Assembly (NCBI GenBank): GCA_026996985.1
Contig: JALWJR010000028.1
Coordinates: 1-20,202 of the forward strand
From: Candidatus Kaiserbacteria bacterium
GTDB taxonomy: Bacteria; Patescibacteriota; Minisyncoccia; Phycocordibacterales; UBA2100
Direction of reading: 5' to 3'
DNA length: 20,202 bases
Shown here: one piece after another, positions 15,998 through 20,202 of the stretch
Layout: each line of letters opens with the position of its first letter
Position numbering within the stretch: the stretch's first letter is position 1
Notes under the pieces: generated by a model
What the model was told of the DNA's origin: nothing
The model's input: the letters and a program-made list of their open reading frames with translations, nothing else
The model's database searches: none
Translations under genes and position numbers: made by a program

Positions 15998-16001
15998 ACA
16001 A

Positions 16002-16026
16002 AAACCCGGGAGAGTCCGGGTTTTTA
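16002..16026 (+). terminator. rho-independent terminator after rplS
   Basis: Stem cccgg/ccggg, loop gagagt, followed by TTTTT. Confidence 0.7.
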
Positions 16027-16067
16027 ATTTGAGTTTAACGAATAAATTTTATATACTAGAGCAACTT

Positions 16068-16149
16068 GCCCAGGTGGTGGAACTGGTATACACACACGGT
16101 TGAGGGCCGTGGCACTCCGTGCGTGCGGGTTCGAGTCCCGCCCTGGGCA
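16068..16149 (+). tRNA. tRNA-Leu (anticodon GAG)
   Basis: Acceptor GCCCAGG/CCTGGGC, anticodon stem CACGG/CCGTG, loop TTGAGGG, long variable arm, T arm GCGGG TTCGAGT CCCGC. Confidence 0.9.
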
Positions 16150-16343
16150 CAAGCGAAACGAAGTGGAGTGCGGTGCACAGGGAGCAGAGCAAACTGCTTT
16201 GCTCTGCGTCGGGATCTCGAAAGGCGGAGCGATGTGCGAGCAAAGCGAGCACGATGCGAGCCCGGGCAGGAGCCACTTAACGAACGAGGAGCAAAGCGAC
16301 GAAGTGAGTTTAGTGAGCTGACGCCGAGTCCCGCCCTGGGCAC
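16150..16343 (+). other. tRNA-3'-end-capped structured insertion, Leu copy (divergent)
   Basis: Trailer hairpin 16184..16207, core gggatctcgaaagg at 16211..16224, then cgcc and an exact 19-mer cgagtcccgccctgggcac at 16325..16343 (first copy 16132..16150). Confidence 0.55.
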
Positions 16344-16671
16344 TAGGTGTCGCTATATCAAGCCCTACAAAATGTAGGGCTTGATGGGAATATGGTTTAA
16401 ATATATTAAAGAGTTGAGCAGTTCAGATACAATATCAAGATATTGTTATTATTAGTAATTCACGCACGAAACCATATTCCCATTTAGCGACATCTAGTGC
16501 CAGGGCACCAATGCCCCTGCAACAGATTTTGTTGTGTAATCTAGTGTTGCAATTTGATATTAGAGTGGTCAATCTTCAAGCAAAAAAGTATAATGTTTAT
16601 ATGTAAAAACCTTAAAATTTTAAACTGAAATTTTAAGGAAACAAAATCTGTTGTCAGGGGCGCCCTGGGCA
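16341..16671 (+). other. AT-rich nested-hairpin element ending in a third partial tRNA-Leu 3'-end copy (cgccctgggca)
   Basis: Long-range pairs 16341..16355/16485..16499 (with one G-T), 16386..16397/16470..16481 and 16514..16533/16640..16660. Local hairpin 16357..16385. Partial copy at 16661..16671. Confidence 0.5.
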
Positions 16672-16686
16672 TAAAAAATTGAAGAT

Positions 16687-16947
16687 ATGTTTAGTTATGT
16701 TTATATTTTGCAATCTAAGAAAGATGGTTCCACATACACAGGAAGTACAACAGATTTGAAAAGAAGAATAAAAGAGCATAATGATGGTAAAGTAAAATCT
16801 ACGAGATCAAAACGTCCTTGGAAGTTAGTGTATTATGAAGCTTATCTTTTAGAAGATACTGCCAGAAAACGTGAAAAATCAATAAAAACACATGGTAATA
16901 TAAAGAGGCAATTATTTGATAGAATCTTTAAAAATTTATCTTCATAA
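16687..16947 (+). CDS. small stand-alone GIY-YIG nuclease-domain protein (YhbQ/UPF0213-like)
   Basis: YVYILQS...YTGSTTDLKRRIKEHN...WKLVYYE...AR.RE..IK matches the GIY-YIG core. Confidence 0.8.
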   Translation: MFSYVYILQSKKDGSTYTGSTTDLKRRIKEHNDGKVKSTRSKRPWKLVYYEAYLLEDTARKREKSIKTHGNIKRQLFDRIFKNLSS

Positions 16948-17054
16948 AACTAATCATTAAATAAAAAACACAAAATCAAATCAGAAATAAAAAATGTAAC
17001 ACTCAAAATATAATAAAAGTGCGTATTTAATACAGATTTCTGGCAGGTACGTAC

Positions 17055-17082
17055 TTGACAAAATACTTTTTTATTTTATTGT
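17055..17082 (+). promoter_or_regulatory. putative promoter (ttgaca, 16-nt spacer, tattgt) for the orphan ORF
   Basis: Perfect -35 hexamer and spacing. Followed by the 5'-UTR hairpin cgtggctt/aagccacg at 17088..17108. Confidence 0.35.
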
Positions 17083-17138
17083 GTCTTCGTGGCTTGTGGT
17101 AAGCCACGGTTCAACTGCACCTTAAAAGGAGAAGTAAA

Positions 17139-17765
17139 ATGCAAGTTTTCCAGTTTGTCGCCGGCGAGCTGACTCTCGGTATTGATACTGACTCCTTCTC
17201 AGAAGGAAGGAGGGTGGTATTGGGTAGAAAGAAAGTGGTGGGGGTACTGAATGGCAACCCGCCACTTTTCGGCCCCGATGGGAAAATCCTTTGTGCATTT
17301 CCCATCAAGGATAAAGAATCGGGAAATCCGATGCTCGCTTACCCCAACAAGGCGAGTAAGCATACGGGTTACCTTGTCCGCGTTTTTACCGGCATGCGCG
17401 CGTATCCTGACGCGCACGGCCGTGTGTGGTTTGTCAAGAATGAAAAAAGGAGTCGCATTCTTCTCTCTGCAAAAGACACAAGAAGTATGCAGAGAAAGGA
17501 TGGGTCTCCTGCAGAAACCTCCCACACCGACTCCCTCGTACTTCTCTGGGAAGGAGATTTACTCGGGATTGTACTGCAAAACAAAGGCAATCCCAAGTAT
17601 GTGATTGTGGCTCAGGAAGACCGGCTTGACTGTCTACTCTATGACGAGTGGGTCAAGCAGGCTGAGCAAGAGGGAGTGGAGTTCACCTCTTTTGAGGATT
17701 GGGAACGGCACCGGATTGAACAGTCTGTTGCCGGGCTAAAGAAAACCCTCAAGGTGGTGAAGTGA
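17139..17765 (+). CDS. hypothetical protein (GC-rich orphan, no recognisable domain)
   Basis: 208-aa ORF with SD aaaggaga 6-7 nt upstream and its own strong terminator. Visibly GC-richer than its flanks. Confidence 0.6.
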   Translation: MQVFQFVAGELTLGIDTDSFSEGRRVVLGRKKVVGVLNGNPPLFGPDGKILCAFPIKDKESGNPMLAYPNKASKHTGYLVRVFTGMRAYPDAHGRVWFVKNEKRSRILLSAKDTRSMQRKDGSPAETSHTDSLVLLWEGDLLGIVLQNKGNPKYVIVAQEDRLDCLLYDEWVKQAEQEGVEFTSFEDWERHRIEQSVAGLKKTLKVVK

Positions 17766-17774
17766 GCTGACAGC

Positions 17775-17807
17775 ATCCCCGGCGCGCGTTGCGCGCCGGG
17801 GATTTTT
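17775..17807 (+). terminator. rho-independent terminator (13-bp stem atccccggcgcgc/gcgcgccggggat, then TTTT)
   Basis: Perfect GC-rich stem, 3-nt loop, T-run. Confidence 0.85.
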
Positions 17808-17822
17808 GTGTAGTATAAAAGC

Positions 17823-18374
17823 ATGGGTTTGTATACCGGAAAAGGGGATAGTGGCACAAGTGCTCTGTTTGAATCAAACAAAAGGTTAAGCAAAAACTCT
17901 ACCGTTTTTGATGCGCTTGGCACTCTGGACGAACTTAATTCTTATTTGGGGCTTTGCAAGGTTCAGTCAAGAGCTGACAGTTTTCGCGTTGGTAGTCGCA
18001 AAGTGTCACACATAGTACACGAGCTTCAAGATGATTTGTTTATAATTCAAGCCGAGCTTGCGGGAGCAGACAAAAGCATATCAAAGCAAAAAGTTGAAAA
18101 ATTGGAGAAAATAATAGAGCAAATAGACAGTAAACTTCCGCCAATTAACACTTTTTTTATCTCCGGTGGAACCGAACTTTCCGCCAGATTTGATTTTGCT
18201 CGCACAATAGCTCGCAGAGCTGAGAGAAAGGTGGTTGCCGTTTTTGAATCGGGGTATAAAATCTCTCCCGATACTTTGGCTTATCTAAATCGTTTTTCCA
18301 GTATTCTCTACGCCCTGGCTCGTTTTGCAAACTACCAAAGGGGAATAGATGAAGATGCGCCGGATTATAAGTAA
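17823..18374 (+). CDS. ATP:cob(I)alamin adenosyltransferase, PduO type
   Basis: YTGKGDSGTS N-terminus, DALGTLDELNSYLG, FISGG and ARTIARRAER motifs. Confidence 0.85.
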   Translation: MGLYTGKGDSGTSALFESNKRLSKNSTVFDALGTLDELNSYLGLCKVQSRADSFRVGSRKVSHIVHELQDDLFIIQAELAGADKSISKQKVEKLEKIIEQIDSKLPPINTFFISGGTELSARFDFARTIARRAERKVVAVFESGYKISPDTLAYLNRFSSILYALARFANYQRGIDEDAPDYK

Positions 18375-18392
18375 TTTTTAAACGACTTTTTC

Positions 18393-18421
18393 TGTACAAA
18401 GTGCATTTTTTGTTTTATAAT
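18393..18421 (+). promoter_or_regulatory. putative rnpB promoter (tgtaca, 17-nt spacer, tataat)
   Basis: The -10 hexamer at 18416..18421 lies about 7 nt before the P1 5' strand. Confidence 0.35.
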
Positions 18422-18444
18422 CCTACCGGTCGCATCGGATGGTC

Positions 18445-18547
18445 GCCCCCCACCACTTTTGTGCTTTAAACCTGTGGCGGTAAATAGTAAAGTGTTGACA
18501 AGCCAAATTGCAAATTAATGGTTTACGGTACAAAAGTGGTGGGGGGA
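18445..18547 (+). repeat. 103-nt extended hairpin at the P3 position (17-bp base ccccccaccacttttgt/acaaaagtggtgggggg)
   Basis: Identical to 18563..18666 except for one extra C in the second copy. Confidence 0.9.
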
Positions 18548-18562
18548 GGAAAGTCCGGACAC

Positions 18563-18666
18563 GCCCCCCCACCACTTTTGTGCTTTAAACCTGTGGCGGT
18601 AAATAGTAAAGTGTTGACAAGCCAAATTGCAAATTAATGGTTTACGGTACAAAAGTGGTGGGGGGA
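18563..18666 (+). repeat. second copy of the 103/104-nt hairpin, inserted just after the P4 5' strand
   Basis: Direct comparison with 18445..18547. Confidence 0.9.
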
Positions 18667-18958
18667 GAAAGGTAGCGGGTAACACCCGTCCGGGGCAACC
18701 CGAGAGGTGCGAACAGAGACGCTGAAAGTGGAAACACTTTCAGGGCCCTTTTGGGGTTAGCTCTTAGGGAAACCTAAGAGGTGAAACGGCTAAATCCTTA
18801 CCTGCGTGCAAGGCCGTGCCGAGCCCATACATTTAGTATAAGCTCGGAGAGCCGCAAGAGGCGACTGGTAACAGTCGTCCCAGATAAATGACCATCGCTG
18901 AGTCTTTTGGCGCAAAGATTCGGTACAGAATCCGGCTTATAGATGCGATCTGCCAGAT

Positions 18959-19032
18959 GGCGGCTGTAGCTCAGTTGGTAGAGCCCTCGGTTGTGGTCCG
19001 AGTGGTCGTGGGTTCGAGTCCCACCAGTCGCC
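18959..19032 (+). tRNA. tRNA-His (anticodon GTG) with encoded G-1
   Basis: G-1 opposite C73. Acceptor GCGGCTG/CAGTCGC, anticodon stem CTCGG/CCGAG, loop TTGTGGT, T arm GTGGG TTCGAGT CCCAC. Confidence 0.9.
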
Positions 19033-19108
19033 CAGCAATTGTTAAGCCAAAACACAAGCGTGTTTTGGTTTTTACAATTGCCGGCGAATGTGGGATCTCG
19101 AAAAGAGG
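19015..19108 (+). repeat. 94-bp direct repeat, copy 1: tRNA-His T-loop to 3' end, trailer hairpin, guide-like strand and core
   Basis: Exact 94-mer recurs at 19223..19316 (period 208). Confidence 0.95.
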
Positions 19109-19222
19109 CGCGCGCGAAGCCCGCAAAGACACAGGTGTGTCTTTGCGGAGCGCGCCGTCCGGGCAGGGGGTACTTAGTGCTTTTGCCGAGTTTAACGAGG
19201 CAAAACACTTAGTACCGGTCGC
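19109..19222 (+). other. conserved two-hairpin core of the tRNA-linked element, His copy
   Basis: Hairpins 19121..19148 and 19169..19216. By-eye alignment to 10809..10918 is close to nine-tenths identical, with compensatory changes. Confidence 0.6.
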
Positions 19223-19316
19223 CGAGTCCCACCAGTCGCCCAGCAATTGTTAAGCCAAAACACAAGCGTGTTTTGGTTTTTACAATTGCCGGCGAATGTG
19301 GGATCTCGAAAAGAGG
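19223..19316 (+). repeat. 94-bp direct repeat, copy 2
   Basis: Identical to 19015..19108. Confidence 0.95.
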
Positions 19317-19362
19317 TGCCCCACACCATGCACGCATGATGCGGGCAGGCCCGCGTAGTCGG
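19317..19362 (+). repeat. Z module, His copy (tgccccacaccatgcacgcatgatgcgggcaggcccgc...)
   Basis: Close match to 11014..11050. Confidence 0.6.
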
Positions 19363-19407
19363 AAAAGATGTTATACTTAAATTGTATTTAATCAATAATC
19401 AACAACC

Positions 19408-20202
19408 ATGAATATTTTGGAAAATAAATTCATGCAAAATTTGATCATCGCCACCGTTTTTATGTTTTTATTGTTTATAACCGGTATGACTTTAACCGTA
19501 TTTAAAAAATATCAATACATCGGAGCGGGAATTGAAGCTACAAACACAATATCTGTTACCGGAGAGGCTGAAGTTCTGGCAACTCCGAATATTGCAGTTT
19601 TTACCGTTTCTGTAAACAAAGAAGCCCAAACGGCAAAAGAGGCAAAAAACAAAGCGGCTAAGGCAATTAACGATATAATTTCCTCTTTAAAAAGTGAAGG
19701 AGTTGAAGAGAAAGACATAAAAACCCTAAATTATAATCTCTACCCACAGTATGAATGGAAAAGAGATTGTAATTTGTCAACGTATGATTATTGCGATTCA
19801 AAAAGGGTGCAGACAGGATATAGAGTTTCTCAAACCATCAAGGTTAAAGTAAGAGATATTCAAAAAGCCGGTGACATACTCTCAAAGGTGGCAGAGCTTC
19901 AAGTTGACAACATCTCTTCTCTTTCTTTTGAAGTTGAAAACAAAAAAGAGCTGGAAAGGCAAGCAAGAAGTGAGGCTATAGAGAATGCCAAAAAAGAAGC
20001 GGCACGGTTGGCAAAAGATTTGGGCGTTGATTTGGTTCGTATTGTGTCATTTACCGAGCAAAGCAATCAGCCCATAGCATTTATGGCTCGTACAAAAAAG
20101 CTCACAGCTTTTGATGAAGTAGCCGATGCTGTGATTCCGGAATTGCCGACGGGGGAGAGTAAAATAAAATCAACCGTTACATTGGTTTTTGAGATTAGAT
20201 AA
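19408..20202 (+). CDS. SIMPL-domain (DUF541 / BP26-like) periplasmic or surface protein
   Basis: N-terminal TM, then ISVTGEAEVLATPNIAVFTVSV...GYRVSQTIKVKV...SFEVEN...ARSEAIENAKKEA, as in SIMPL proteins. The stop codon is at the window end. Confidence 0.8.
   Translation: MNILENKFMQNLIIATVFMFLLFITGMTLTVFKKYQYIGAGIEATNTISVTGEAEVLATPNIAVFTVSVNKEAQTAKEAKNKAAKAINDIISSLKSEGVEEKDIKTLNYNLYPQYEWKRDCNLSTYDYCDSKRVQTGYRVSQTIKVKVRDIQKAGDILSKVAELQVDNISSLSFEVENKKELERQARSEAIENAKKEAARLAKDLGVDLVRIVSFTEQSNQPIAFMARTKKLTAFDEVADAVIPELPTGESKIKSTVTLVFEIR

Larger units (their letters stand above)
18428..18950 (+). ncRNA. rnpB: RNase P RNA, bacterial type A-like, with a duplicated long hairpin
   Basis: GAGGAAAGTCCGG at 18546..18558 and ACAGAATCCGGCTTAT at 18925..18940. 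P1 tcgcatc/gatgcga and P2 gatggtc/gaccatc. GGGTAACACCC, AACAGAGA and AGATAAATGACC blocks are also present. Confidence 0.85.

Noticed and set aside
16049-16377. Several 73-103-aa ORFs on both strands across tRNA-Leu and its insertion
   Set aside because: They overlap a tRNA and a structured repeat. They arise because GC-rich sequence has few stop codons. No start context is present.
10715-19316. CRISPR array formed by the repeated tRNA-end segments
   Set aside because: There are only two or three repeats per locus. The repeats differ between loci and equal the adjacent tRNA end. Spacing is irregular and no cas genes are present.

Overview
Low-GC bacterial window. The gene set suggests a Patescibacteria/CPR-type genome (inference): ruvA, rpsT, ruvX, a CsaA-like tRNA-binding protein, pilM-pilN-pilO, uppS, an RluA-family synthase, rplS, a small GIY-YIG protein, a PduO-type adenosyltransferase, and LTD and SIMPL proteins. 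I support 23 CDSs, 7 tRNAs (Lys-TTT, Arg-GCG, Ser-TGA, Arg-TCT, Val-TAC, Leu-GAG, His-GTG), an RNase P RNA and 4 hairpin terminators. The main unexplained signal is a family of GC-rich structured insertions attached to tRNA genes. Downstream of intact tRNA-Arg(TCT), tRNA-Leu(GAG) and tRNA-His(GTG), the T-loop-to-3'-end segment of the tRNA is repeated exactly about 190-210 nt later. Between the two copies lie a long trailer hairpin, a strand complementary to that particular tRNA's 3' end, a conserved GGATCTCGAAA core and two hairpins. The Arg and His hairpins differ by compensatory substitutions. A second palindromic module (Z) ends these loci and recurs near tRNA-Lys and tRNA-Val. Other oddities: RNase P RNA carries a near-identical 103/104-nt hairpin twice and abuts tRNA-His; a GC-rich, SD-bearing FabB-like ketosynthase lies in a 2.5-kb segment bracketed by a perfect 33-bp inverted repeat; a GC-rich orphan ORF forms a self-contained transcription unit; and many native genes look leaderless. 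No integrase, transposase, reverse transcriptase or CRISPR array is visible.
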